From a virus: a stretch of 64,000 nucleotides of DNA. Within the stretch, counting starts at the first letter, position 1; every line of letters begins with the position of its first letter. A program made the position numbers and the translations under genes. This document shows, piece after piece, positions 9,451 to 18,400 of the stretch. A model generated the notes under the pieces. The model was not told where the DNA came from. It was given only the letters and a program-made list of their open reading frames with translations, and did no database searches. The stretch is from IMG/VR virus record IMGVR_UViG_3300045988_157190, positions 41,562 through 105,561 of that record; one strand, given 5' to 3'.

Positions 9451-9501
9451 AAATTAAAGGCGGAGCGAAAGCGCACTTAGCGCGTGCGGAACCTTTAATT
9501 T
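9451..9501. other. hairpin with an AT-rich 10-bp stem and a GC-rich interior
   Basis: aaattaaagg (9451-9460) is the exact reverse complement of cctttaattt (9492-9501). The interior is ggcggagcgaaagcgcacttagcgcgtgcggaa. Confidence 0.6.
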
Positions 9502-10867
9502 AAAACAAATAGTTATAACCCAATACCAAAAAATAAAACCTTATTTAGAATGAATCTAAATAACCAACTACACAAATAAGTAATTATCAACAAATTGAAC
9601 AAAATTCTATGAAAATAGAAGGAAAGAATGAGAAAAAGCATGTCGAAAAACTATAACTAAAAAGTTATAACGAATAGGAAAAAGAGAAAAGAAGGAAATC
9701 AAAGGAATGTAAATATGAAAATGTTAGATAAGTAGGTAGGTGTAAAAATGTGATTTGTGACTTTTTAGATTTATGTATTTCTGGATATGCTTCAAAATTT
9801 AGATTATATGATTTTATTAGACACAGATATTTCTTTTTGTATGGTTTGTAAACTTTGGTATATCTCTATTAGGTGCATATTTAAAAATTTAGCTTTGAAA
9901 CTTAGAATTTATAATTTTAGAGATGTTTGTGTATGTATTTGTCCGCCTCACCTGCCATCACCCTCCCCCCAATCCTTTCCCTCCTATCCTTCTATTATCC
10001 TATCTTTTCCACTATTCATGTATCTTTCAGAGTGTTTGCGATTGTGTTTGCTGTCTACTTTTCGCTTCTATTCTTATAGTTGTTGATCACCTTCTATATC
10101 TATTTTTATACTCTATACATTGCCTTTCTTTTTTACGGGAGTTATATTAATACCAAAATGTACCTATTTTCACCTGTAAAACTTCAATACTTTTCATTTT
10201 TGACACTAAAATAGAGTAAATCACTTATTGTATAATTTTTAATCACTCTAAAAAATCGAGTTTTTGAAGTAAAAATAGATAACTTGCTAAAAATCAATAT
10301 TTTAAATGAATTAATTTTTCGATTACGCCCTATAGGCAAAAAGAGTTTAACTTATTGTACTTTTTACAATGAAAATAGGGATATTTTAAGCTGAAACCTT
10401 TCAAATTTGACACAAATAACCCTATTTTGATATAATAGGGCATTACCTGTATATACGAGTATCATATATAGCTTCGTATGCATTTATATCTTCTTTTGCT
10501 CTGGATATATCCTTATATTTGATTTTTCCTATATATATTATATATAATATATATAGGAACTTTTGTTTTTGGTGTATACACTCTTGTACCCTTTCTTTTA
10601 TCCTTGTACATGGAGTATGTAGGTAGGTGGCACTCCCTCTATATCCTTTTTGCTTCTCCTTTTTCCCGTTCCTGTGATCCAATTCCATAATATCAAATAA
10701 TCGTTTTTAAGGCTTTATTTCCTTTTGGGTGGTATTGGTGTATCATTTTGAAAAGAAAGTGCCAGAAATAAGCGGAAAAGCAGGTAATCCGGGGTATTTT
10801 GTTTTAGTAGGGTATCTTTAGGGACTGTTTGAGGACTCTCCATATAAAGCCTACGTCTCTAATACGT

Positions 10868-11080
10868 CACAAGACAAAATCCTAAAATAGCACCTATTTG
10901 ACAAAATTCCCATAGATGTTTATTTGGCTTTCTCCTTTACAGGACAAAACTTCCAAATAGGTTCTATGTAGCGAATTTTCAAGATTTATTCTTTTTTTTT
11001 GTTTCCACACAAGATAAAACTCTTAAATGTACTCTTATTGGCAAATTTTCATAGAAAGTTCTTTTATTTATCTCTTTGGT
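10868..11080. repeat. three degenerate tandem repeats with a period of about 70 nt
   Basis: Units start near 10868 (cacaagacaaaatcctaaaatagcacctatttgacaaaattcccatagatg), 10938 (acaggacaaaacttccaaataggttctatgtagcgaattttcaagattt) and 11008 (cacaagataaaactcttaaatgtactcttattggcaaattttcatagaaag). Confidence 0.6.
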
Positions 11081-11637
11081 TTTCAATAAATTTTCAATAT
11101 AATCAAATAGGAGAAGGTGGGTATTTGTTTCCTACACAAATAATAATGCTGTGACATTTCTCTACCCTTCTATATACAGGATTTTTAGATTTGCTTTTTT
11201 ATAGGGCTTTTTTTGAGGGGTAGGGTATTTCTTTTCTGTTCTATATAGCTGGCTTTTCTGTTTTTCTTTCTTGGTATGTATAGAAATATGGATTTGGGTT
11301 CTTATTGGCGATTTTTGGTGGGTTGGTCTATCCGTTTTTCTTTCGGAAGGGGAATCCTCACGGATTCTTTCTCCCTTCCGAGGGACAATCGCTTCGCTCA
11401 ACACATAAAATCTCCCTATTTTGACAAAATGATTTAGAAACAATCTATATCCCTATCAAAATGATAGAAAGAAAATCGGGTTTTCAAAACTTTTTTCGCT
11501 ATAAGGGGGTGGACAAAAATTGAAAAATTTAAATTATTGATTTTCAGGCTTATGTGATTTTTGATGAATTTCATTCAGCCTATTTTCGACTATTTTTGAA
11601 TTTTGACTATTTGTAAAGTAAATATATATTTGTTGTT

Positions 11638-12111
11638 TCAAAATGATTTTGATTTATCCTTATTTTCCAAAAACTCAAAAATAAAATTATTAAATGCAAT
11701 TACCTTATTTTTATTATAATATCCCCATTTTTTCAATAACTGTACACTATCTTCTGTTAAATATGCACTCTTTTCTATATTTTCTTTTGCTGGTATAATT
11801 CTAAGGTTTTCTATAGATGATATTAAGGATACTGGAATATGATTTTTATATCCATAGAAAATAGGAACAATGTGGTCTAAATGATATTCTTGTCCTCTTT
11901 TACTATTCATACCAAAAGACCTTGCGTTCTTTTCAGAAGCGTTTTTAACATCATTAAAATAAGTTCTTTTGTTATATTTGTTTTTGACTTTACTTTTTAA
12001 ATACAAAGGTATTACCAGATTTCTATTTTCTATAGACAGAGAGTGAAACGCTTTCTTTTCATCTCCATTATAATATTCTATTTGTATTTTATATAATTCT
12101 AAAGCGTTCAT
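11638..12111 (-). CDS. HNH endonuclease
   Basis: C-terminal EYHLDHIVPI ... ENLRIIPAKENIEKS is an H-N-H signature. Start placed at the first ATG (MNALELY); the TTG start in the ORF track lies inside an inverted repeat. Confidence 0.8.
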   Translation of the reverse strand: MNALELYKIQIEYYNGDEKKAFHSLSIENRNLVIPLYLKSKVKNKYNKRTYFNDVKNASEKNARSFGMNSKRGQEYHLDHIVPIFYGYKNHIPVSLISSIENLRIIPAKENIEKSAYLTEDSVQLLKKWGYYNKNKVIAFNNFIFEFLENKDKSKSF

Positions 12112-12140
12112 ACATTTATAAGTAACAAACTTTTTATGGA

Positions 12141-12205
12141 TTTGTCGCAATATAATATGTTATACGAAGTTTTTGAGCTAAAATGTAACATTATATTGCG
12201 ACAAA
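12141..12205. repeat. long inverted repeat between the antirepressor and HNH genes
   Basis: tttgtcgcaatataat (12141-12156) is the exact reverse complement of attatattgcgacaaa (12190-12205). Four more base pairs form after a 2-nt bulge. The right arm contains a TGTAACA half-site. Confidence 0.8.
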
Positions 12206-12222
12206 TCGGATGATTTTTGATT

Positions 12223-13023
12223 TCATTTTGAGACATATTCTTTTAGGAACTTGTTCACGAGATAAACTTGTCCTTTCCCGGTTACAAGAGGTGTACTTAC
12301 CGTAATCAGATCTCCGTTAGGTTTTGTGATCGTTCTTTTCTTGATCTCGAACATTCCTGCTTCTACCCATCTTTGCATTGGTTGGTTGTAGTATTCGCCT
12401 TTCACTCCAAGATACCCTCTTTTGCGAAGCCACTTGAATAACCGGTTCTGCCCTACCTCCATTCCATTTTGGCAAATGATCTTGGTAAGCTCGGCAACAA
12501 GGCAGGAACGTTTGGATTCGGTTACAGCCATTGCAAAAATCACTTTAGGCAAATCTTCTTCTATTTGGTTCTCCAAGTTTTTGTTTTCTTCTGTGAGTTG
12601 CCTTGTCTGTTCTTTTAGAGCCTGTCTTTCTTTTTCTTCTTGAATCCATGTTTCGGCACGCTTGATTGGATTCTCTATTTGATAAGACGGTAAATTGTAG
12701 CTTCCGGTTTTTCTAATAGCAGGCAACACTTCGGAAGTTACCCATCTTTTAAAACTCTTTGCAGATTCTAATTTACTACCGAAAATCAAAGAGTAAAGCC
12801 CACTTTCGTTTATCAAAGTTGTTTGTTGAGTAAAACCTTGACTGTCAGGGACGCCCTGTTTTAAGTCGTCCTCACTATCAACATGTTGCAAAATTGCGTT
12901 TCTGGTGTTAGAATAACCCAAAACAGATGCAACATCTTTTCCCACAAAGTAAGGTTCGCCATTTACTAACATTGTTCTTACTTCTCCAAATTCTTCATTT
13001 TTGAAAATCTTTAATTCACTCAT
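12223..13023 (-). CDS. phage antirepressor (Bro-N domain plus KilAC/ANT-like C-terminal domain)
   Basis: N terminus IFKNEEFGEVRTMLVNGEPYFVGKDVASVLGY ... ESGLYSLIFGSKLESAKSFKRWVTSEVLPAIRKTG is a classic Bro-N sequence. The C-terminal half resembles KilAC. Confidence 0.85.
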   Translation of the reverse strand: MSELKIFKNEEFGEVRTMLVNGEPYFVGKDVASVLGYSNTRNAILQHVDSEDDLKQGVPDSQGFTQQTTLINESGLYSLIFGSKLESAKSFKRWVTSEVLPAIRKTGSYNLPSYQIENPIKRAETWIQEEKERQALKEQTRQLTEENKNLENQIEEDLPKVIFAMAVTESKRSCLVAELTKIICQNGMEVGQNRLFKWLRKRGYLGVKGEYYNQPMQRWVEAGMFEIKKRTITKPNGDLITVSTPLVTGKGQVYLVNKFLKEYVSK

Positions 13024-13049
13024 AACTTTGTATTTTAATTGTATTTGTA

Positions 13050-13143
13050 GGCAAAAAGAAAACGGCTTTGCCTTTCCCGGTTGCGAATCACATTAAGAAG
13101 CATGGTAAGATTTTCCTTAACGTTGGGAAGGCAAAAGCCGTTT
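13050..13143 (-). terminator. long-stem intrinsic terminator candidate 35 nt upstream of the antirepressor ATG
   Basis: 13060-13078 pairs with 13125-13143 (18 bp, two 1-nt bulges, checked base by base). On the minus strand the stem is followed by TTTTCTTTTTG. Confidence 0.55.
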
Positions 13144-13215
13144 AAATATGAATAGAACGGTTGTTGGTTTCTTGCATTATAAAAGCTTTACCATGTTTGT
13201 ATTAATGTAATTCGC
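13083..13215 (-). promoter_or_regulatory. alternative (antiterminator-like) helix competing with the terminator
   Basis: 13083-13096 pairs with 13202-13215 (13 of 14 bp) and 13101-13108 pairs with 13188-13195 (8 bp). This helix encloses the 5' arm of the terminator (13125-13143) in its loop. Confidence 0.45.
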
Positions 13216-13276
13216 ACCACAAATATAGCAAAGTTTTGCTTGATTTTTAGGCTTTCACCAAAAATATCGGAAACCG

Positions 13277-14026
13277 TTAATCCAATTTTCCTTCGGTGAG
13301 TTTGCATTCTTTGATGATTTTCTCGATCTCATCTCCTTCATAATCGTCTGTTTCACCTACAAGATGCGCTGTTTCTTCGTTGTAAGGAATGCAGTACCTT
13401 CTATTTAAACCACCTTCTATAGTGTAAATACACTCTTGATTGCGAGGATTGATATGAGAAAAGAATGCTACAGACCAAGCACTTTCTTTATTATTTCTTA
13501 CAAGTACCTTGTCGAAAGGTTGGAAATAATAAACATATTTCTTTCTCGGAAGAGAATAATGCCGGTGCTTTTTGTGGTTTTCTTGATTCCAGATATCTAT
13601 CTCTACTTCTGTAGCAAGACGATCAATAGGAGAGATTCTGCTACCATCTACATTTGTCATGAAAGAGCCATCATCAGATATTATTCCAAATTCATTCAGA
13701 TGTTCATTGTAGCCTACCATTCCAGCTTCAAAGGGAGATTCTATTGTAGTCGCATAAGGATCAAAACCTTCCCATGTATTCCATATAGTAGGGAACAGTA
13801 CACATGATCCTTTTTCATATAATCTCCCACATTCGTCCAGTTTTAATGTTAGATTTTTGTCTAAAGGCAAAACTTTCAAAAAGATATTGCCTTCTTTGTC
13901 TATTCTGTCCAAAAGGACATCTCCATGCGTGACAGAGTAAAGTTTAGTGTATTGTTTACACTCTTCGAGCAAACCCGCTATGTTTATTAATTTTTCCATG
14001 ACCTTTATTGTTTGTTGTTGTTCCAC
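13277..14026 (-). CDS. hypothetical protein
   Basis: 249-aa ORF with ATG start. Confidence 0.65.
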   Translation of the reverse strand: MEQQQTIKVMEKLINIAGLLEECKQYTKLYSVTHGDVLLDRIDKEGNIFLKVLPLDKNLTLKLDECGRLYEKGSCVLFPTIWNTWEGFDPYATTIESPFEAGMVGYNEHLNEFGIISDDGSFMTNVDGSRISPIDRLATEVEIDIWNQENHKKHRHYSLPRKKYVYYFQPFDKVLVRNNKESAWSVAFFSHINPRNQECIYTIEGGLNRRYCIPYNEETAHLVGETDDYEGDEIEKIIKECKLTEGKLD

Positions 14027-14421
14027 TTCGCATTATCCGGTATTATATCTCTAAAACATTCTGGCACATCACCCTGATGCCACCAATCGTTAGATATCAC
14101 CTTTTCTCCAGAGTTTTTAATGGCTTCCATCATCCTACCGCCAAAACCCATGAATCGTCTTGTCATGTTATTTGTATTAGGAACGAATGGGTTGGCAATG
14201 TATGAAACTCCATCTATAATTAGCCAATTGGGATCGTTTTTGTGTTGCTCATACATTCTTATCCAAAATGCACAATGGTAGCAAACACCGTCTCTTTCCA
14301 TGATTGTACGGATATCACATTTTACAAAATGCTCTGGGTTCATGTCATGGATTTTATTTTGTCCCGACCCATCTTCTTGTCCACACTTAGGGCATATCTT
14401 TTTCTTCGTTTCCATATTCAT
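14005..14421 (-). CDS. hypothetical Cys-rich protein (CPKC ... CYHC)
   Basis: 138-aa ORF that overlaps the downstream gene by 22 nt. Confidence 0.6.
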   Translation of the reverse strand: MNMETKKKICPKCGQEDGSGQNKIHDMNPEHFVKCDIRTIMERDGVCYHCAFWIRMYEQHKNDPNWLIIDGVSYIANPFVPNTNNMTRRFMGFGGRMMEAIKNSGEKVISNDWWHQGDVPECFRDIIPDNAKWNNNKQ

Positions 14422-14439
14422 TCTTTTTTTGTTTTTACC

Positions 14440-14820
14440 TTATTCTTCCCATTCTATTTTTACTGTTTTGTAATATAAACGATTTGACTTTTCACCTGAT
14501 TCCATTCTATCCTTTGCTTCTTTTTCAGATTCAAAAAGATTAAGTCCTGGGAATAGTCGTTCATCTTTATCTTTGTACAAATTTATCCATGCTTCTCGTT
14601 TTACAGCTTTCATGAAAAGGTCACACATACATCCCCTTCCATCGTTACTGAATCTTCCTTTCTTGTTATAAGAAAAGATAGTTTCATCACCAGCCTCTTT
14701 TACTAAGGCCACAATAGGATAATGTCCTATTCTATCAAAACACAAGATTCTCGCTTCCTTACCATCTCTTGTGCACACCGGATGTCCGACTTTCGCTTTT
14801 TCTAAATCAAATTCCTTCAT
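14440..14820 (-). CDS. hypothetical protein, paralogue of 20951..21262
   Basis: MKEFDLEKAKVGHPVCTRDGKEARI aligns with MKPFNLEEAKVGKPVCTRNGRRVEI. Confidence 0.6.
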   Translation of the reverse strand: MKEFDLEKAKVGHPVCTRDGKEARILCFDRIGHYPIVALVKEAGDETIFSYNKKGRFSNDGRGCMCDLFMKAVKREAWINLYKDKDERLFPGLNLFESEKEAKDRMESGEKSNRLYYKTVKIEWEE

Positions 14821-14821
14821 T

Positions 14822-15067
14822 TCAAAATTTCATTTTTTCGAGTTTGACAATCTGCTTTTTCAAAGACTCGATTTTCCTAAGTCTCATATCTTCCACCTTT
14901 TTCAAGACTTCTTCTTTTGTGTGAACATAATCTCTGTTTGTCCACATAATATTCATCTGATTTTTTGACTTAGCATACTCTCCATAAGTACTTTATTTTA
15001 TTTCAGTATCTACCTCTATGATACCTTTTGTTAAAGCATACTTGAATACAAAAATTTTCTTTTCCAT
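14822..15067 (-). pseudogene. 82-codon reading frame interrupted by one in-frame TAA (24 aa + stop + 56 aa)
   Basis: Hand translation gives MEKKIFVFKYALTKGIIEVDTEIK*STYGEYAKSKNQMNIMWTNRDYVHTKEEVLKKVEDMRLRKIESLKKQIVKLEKMKF. The TAA is at 14993-14995 and the final TGA abuts the ATG of the next gene. Confidence 0.3.
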
Positions 15068-15078
15068 TTTGATTCTGT

Positions 15079-15288
15079 TTATTTTAAATGTTTTAATCTT
15101 TTAATGGCATCTTTTCTGGAATATGCCATTACTTTTATTCCTTTTATACAAAACTCTTTTTCCTGTTTCTTTTTCTCTGGCCTCCGGTAATTGGGGTTCA
15201 TTCCGCTACCCGTTTTAAATGGATATGTACTTCCATTTACACCCAATGTGGACATCATTAACATAGCTGTCAGCATTCCTCTTTTCAT
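15079..15288 (-). CDS. small basic protein with a hydrophobic N-terminal segment
   Basis: 69-aa ORF. N terminus MKRGMLTAMLMMSTLGV is signal-like. Confidence 0.45.
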   Translation of the reverse strand: MKRGMLTAMLMMSTLGVNGSTYPFKTGSGMNPNYRRPEKKKQEKEFCIKGIKVMAYSRKDAIKRLKHLK

Positions 15289-15300
15289 GACTTGTTTTTA

Positions 15301-15708
15301 TTATTTGTTTTTTACACATCCATTCTTAACACACCACACCAACATTTCATAGGCAGCCTCAATAATATCTTCTTTTTCGAAGATACTAAGAATAGACCGG
15401 GTATAGGTATCTTCATAAGAAATACTTACACCATTGACATGTTTCCTAATAGTCAGCACATTATTGTCTATAGAGCCAGGGAGAATGTCTATAATATCTT
15501 GCAAAGTGAAAGTGGGAATTACCTCATGAGCAGTAAACCCTACACCCATAAATTCTTTTTGCAGGCTTAAAAACCAATTACCTTTAGAAGAATCGTTTAT
15601 CCTACTTCCATGTGATCTTCTTACCCAATATATGTTGGATTTGCTTGTATCAACACCCAACTCTTTAAGGCGTTGCATTTGGTCGATTGATAAAACTTGA
15701 TTTTTCAT
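15301..15708 (-). CDS. hypothetical protein
   Basis: 135-aa ORF, tightly packed. Confidence 0.6.
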   Translation of the reverse strand: MKNQVLSIDQMQRLKELGVDTSKSNIYWVRRSHGSRINDSSKGNWFLSLQKEFMGVGFTAHEVIPTFTLQDIIDILPGSIDNNVLTIRKHVNGVSISYEDTYTRSILSIFEKEDIIEAAYEMLVWCVKNGCVKNK

Positions 15709-15711
15709 GAT

Positions 15712-16047
15712 TCAACCCTCCATAAGACCTAACAAGTCGTTTAAATATGCCCATTGCATTGTTTCACTGAAACGATACAGAATACACCCTGGACGGGACG
15801 ATATAAAAACTTGATCTTCTTGAAGGATACCCATCAGTTTCCCTTTCTCATGAATACAAACAATAAACTCACCAATTTTGGGTTTTACTGTTTTATCATA
15901 CCATACAGAATCTATAAACCAATCAACACCCTCTCTAAAAGCAACCGCAACACTGCTTAGGCTTATGCCATTATGAAAGTACCCTATTCGTTCTTGCTCT
16001 GTCTTTTTAAAGACAGAAGATGCTTTTGTTATATCTTTTCTTTTCAT
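15712..16047 (-). CDS. hypothetical protein
   Basis: 111-aa ORF, 3-nt spacing to both neighbours. Confidence 0.6.
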   Translation of the reverse strand: MKRKDITKASSVFKKTEQERIGYFHNGISLSSVAVAFREGVDWFIDSVWYDKTVKPKIGEFIVCIHEKGKLMGILQEDQVFISSRPGCILYRFSETMQWAYLNDLLGLMEG

Positions 16048-16049
16048 AT

Positions 16050-16394
16050 CTATTCTGCTAATTCAATTATTGCTTGTCTGAATGACATATGTTCTCTTAA
16101 TTTAGATATTGTTCCATCCTTCTTTGCTTTCATAAGAATAGGAACAACTTCATTTGCCACAATTTCATATCCAGTTACATAAGCAAATTTCTTTTCTTCT
16201 GGAACTATTCTTATTCTATTAATACCGAGACCTCGGAGTTCATAAGCGGGAATAGTCAAACAAACTTTACTCCCAATAGGGAATTTTTGATTAGAGACTA
16301 TGTATTCATTCTCTAATTCTTTCATTTCTTTCTTACAACTATCAATCTTAGATTGAATTTCTTCTTTTCGTGTTTTAAAATATAATTTGTCCAT
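16050..16394 (-). CDS. hypothetical protein
   Basis: 114-aa ORF. Confidence 0.6.
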   Translation of the reverse strand: MDKLYFKTRKEEIQSKIDSCKKEMKELENEYIVSNQKFPIGSKVCLTIPAYELRGLGINRIRIVPEEKKFAYVTGYEIVANEVVPILMKAKKDGTISKLREHMSFRQAIIELAE

Positions 16395-16464
16395 GATGTT
16401 CAGTTACTTTAACAATTTTCATCTACTATAACAGCTACGACAATCATTTCAATAGCAAGAACGA

Positions 16465-16563
16465 TCATTCCAACCCAAAATAAAGTTTAAAACCAATTGC
16501 AGGTAGCGATATGAATAACAACGCAATCCCGCATCTTCCCAAAAATTTACTCCAGTCTATCAT
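16465..16563 (-). CDS. possible 32-aa hydrophobic peptide, translationally coupled (ATGA overlap)
   Basis: Hand translation gives MIDWSKFLGRCGIALLFISLPAIGFKLYFGLE. Its ATG overlaps the TGA of 16560..17069. Confidence 0.25.
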   Translation of the reverse strand: MIDWSKFLGRCGIALLFISLPAIGFKLYFGLE

Positions 16564-17069
16564 AACTTTTCTTCATATTGTTTGTGATGAACTTTTTCTC
16601 TATCCGTATAGTAATCTCTTTCAATCAAATCCATAAGTTCCGACATGCTTTCTGAATTATCGTCAGAGGATTTTCCTTTAAAGAAATACCGCATATATTC
16701 TGCAAGTCCTTTTGCAGCTTCATGAAATGCTTTTTCTTTAGCTTTCCATTCATCGGTAGGAACAAATCCTCTTTCCTTGAAATGAAGCAAATACAAGTCC
16801 AGGTAATATACAGACAAATCAGCCATATTGAGAGAAAGATTGAGTGTCTTTGCTGCCCAAGAAACAAGTGATTTTTCCAAATTTTGTTCTTGGTAATAGA
16901 ACTTGTCTTTGGATTTTAAGTAATCCAGTTCTTCTTGCAGGCGTATTCTTTTTTGATTTAGAAAAGAAATTTTTGCCCAATTTCTTGTACTTCTTGCTTT
17001 ACTGATTTCTCTTTGAACTTCCCTTAATTCAATAGAGACTTCTGTTTTTGTTCTATCTTTCGTTTCCAT
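16560..17069 (-). CDS. hypothetical protein
   Basis: 169-aa ORF. Confidence 0.6.
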   Translation of the reverse strand: METKDRTKTEVSIELREVQREISKARSTRNWAKISFLNQKRIRLQEELDYLKSKDKFYYQEQNLEKSLVSWAAKTLNLSLNMADLSVYYLDLYLLHFKERGFVPTDEWKAKEKAFHEAAKGLAEYMRYFFKGKSSDDNSESMSELMDLIERDYYTDREKVHHKQYEEKL

Positions 17070-17095
17070 ATTTTGTTGTTTTTGAGATGATTATA

Positions 17096-17479
17096 TTATT
17101 CTACATCGAAAAGTTGATCTAATACCAGTAATTCTGCATTCATATTTTCGTCTTTTGGGAAACGAACTTTTATATTTCCAAACTTAGATGTCTTGAATAA
17201 GATGTAAGGATTTCTATCCTCGGCAGTTACCGGTTTGTATTCTCTGATCTCTGACATTTTGAGATACCAGTCACCTATTTTTACGAATTTGGGGAATACA
17301 GAACAAAGATACTGTTTTACAGGAGACATGTCTTTGTTCTCTTTAAAAGGAATGATTTCTTCTTTTCCTCTTATTCTGATTGAAAGAAAAGGACGAATGT
17401 TATCTGTTTCATTTTGAAACTTGAAGCCTGTTACAGCTTGTTTAGGTAGTCTTCTGTTTTGTAAGATAAAATAAGCCAT
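17096..17479 (-). CDS. hypothetical protein
   Basis: ORF 17096..17524 trimmed to the internal ATG (MAYFILQNRR). The upstream 15 codons are hydrophobic and lack a convincing start context. Confidence 0.5.
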   Translation of the reverse strand: MAYFILQNRRLPKQAVTGFKFQNETDNIRPFLSIRIRGKEEIIPFKENKDMSPVKQYLCSVFPKFVKIGDWYLKMSEIREYKPVTAEDRNPYILFKTSKFGNIKVRFPKDENMNAELLVLDQLFDVE

Positions 17480-17589
17480 TGCGATACAGTATTTAAAAAT
17501 GAGATAAAACCCGGCGGAAGCCAATCTTTGCGGGAAGATGATGAACTGTCCCGCCGGGGAACTTAAAAATATATGGAAACGTTGGGTTA

Positions 17590-18159
17590 TTATTGTTTAG
17601 GATCGTCTTTTGTTCCCACCAAATGTTCGTTTCCTTCAAAAGGGATACATTCATCCCACATACCGGAAATGGTAAAATACTTGCCTTCTTTTGAAATGTG
17701 GGAAAATAAATCACAACGCCAAACGTTAAACATTCCTTCTTCGCAATCCTTTGTAAGCACTTTCTGAAAAGGCTGGAATTTTGGTGTTTCTTGAATCTTT
17801 ACCGCAATATATAAAGGTATTGAAATTACACCACAAACAGAAATAGGCTTCTTTGCAGCATTGAAAATAAAAGGATTGTTGGTTGCAACAGAATTTTTGG
17901 TTATATCCAAAGATTTTAATTCGTATTTTCCCGGTTCAAGCATCCATTCGTAAAATATATAAGGAATATCATTTAAATAGATACCTTTGACTCCTGCTTC
18001 ATCAATAACAAAGCATTTCCCACAATATTCACTTAATACTTTTGTGAACGAACAAGGGTAGCCGGTTACACTTACGTTCCCTTTTTCGTCTTTGTTATTG
18101 TTGTACCAATCAAGACTTTTGATCCGTACAATGTCACCTTTTTTAAATTTTGTTTCCAT
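17590..18159 (-). CDS. hypothetical protein
   Basis: ORF 17590..18243 trimmed to METKFKKGDIVRIK, so that it no longer overlaps the HTH gene. Confidence 0.6.
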   Translation of the reverse strand: METKFKKGDIVRIKSLDWYNNNKDEKGNVSVTGYPCSFTKVLSEYCGKCFVIDEAGVKGIYLNDIPYIFYEWMLEPGKYELKSLDITKNSVATNNPFIFNAAKKPISVCGVISIPLYIAVKIQETPKFQPFQKVLTKDCEEGMFNVWRCDLFSHISKEGKYFTISGMWDECIPFEGNEHLVGTKDDPKQ

Positions 18160-18196
18160 ATTTTTCTTTTTAATATTGTTTGTTACTATCAATAAA

Positions 18197-18400
18197 TCAA
18201 TCCTTCTTCTCATCGTTGAACAAGTCTTTTGGAGAAACATCAAGAATATCAGCTATTTCCTTTAACCGGTTCATGGTAGGATTTCCGTTCAGACACCTAT
18301 AAAGAGATTGTCTTGTTACTCCCAATTTTTCTGACATCTGGGTTACAGAAATACCTTTTTCTTGCATGATCTCTTTGATTTTTAATCCATTTTTCTGCAT
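18197..18400 (-). CDS. Xre/Cro-C1-type helix-turn-helix transcriptional regulator
   Basis: IKEIMQEKGISVTQMSEKLGVTRQSLYRCLNGNPTMNRLKEIADILDVSPKDLF is a textbook HTH_3 pattern. It is the first gene of the leftward block. Confidence 0.85.
   Translation of the reverse strand: MQKNGLKIKEIMQEKGISVTQMSEKLGVTRQSLYRCLNGNPTMNRLKEIADILDVSPKDLFNDEKKD

Larger units (their letters stand above)
9449..11637. other. 2.2-kb ORF-poor region (candidate origin / regulatory / non-coding RNA region)
   Basis: Only short, low-complexity ORFs on either strand. Contains an alternating AT tract (10530-10555), long pyrimidine-rich runs (about 9940-10020), recurring TTTGACA and TCTATAT words, and a 3-unit degenerate tandem repeat. 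Confidence 0.6.

Noticed and set aside
10868-11080. A CRISPR array as the explanation for the regularly spaced repeats
   Set aside because: The units are about 70 nt, contiguous and degenerate, with no conserved short repeat alternating with unique spacers. No cas genes are present.
9787-11443. ORFs 9787..10086, 9923..10150, 10443..10688 and 11162..11443 in the 2.2-kb ORF-poor region
   Set aside because: Their translations are dominated by Pro/Ser/Leu/Phe or Lys/Thr/Gln runs that follow pyrimidine or purine tracts. They have no plausible starts or neighbours, so the region is treated as non-coding.
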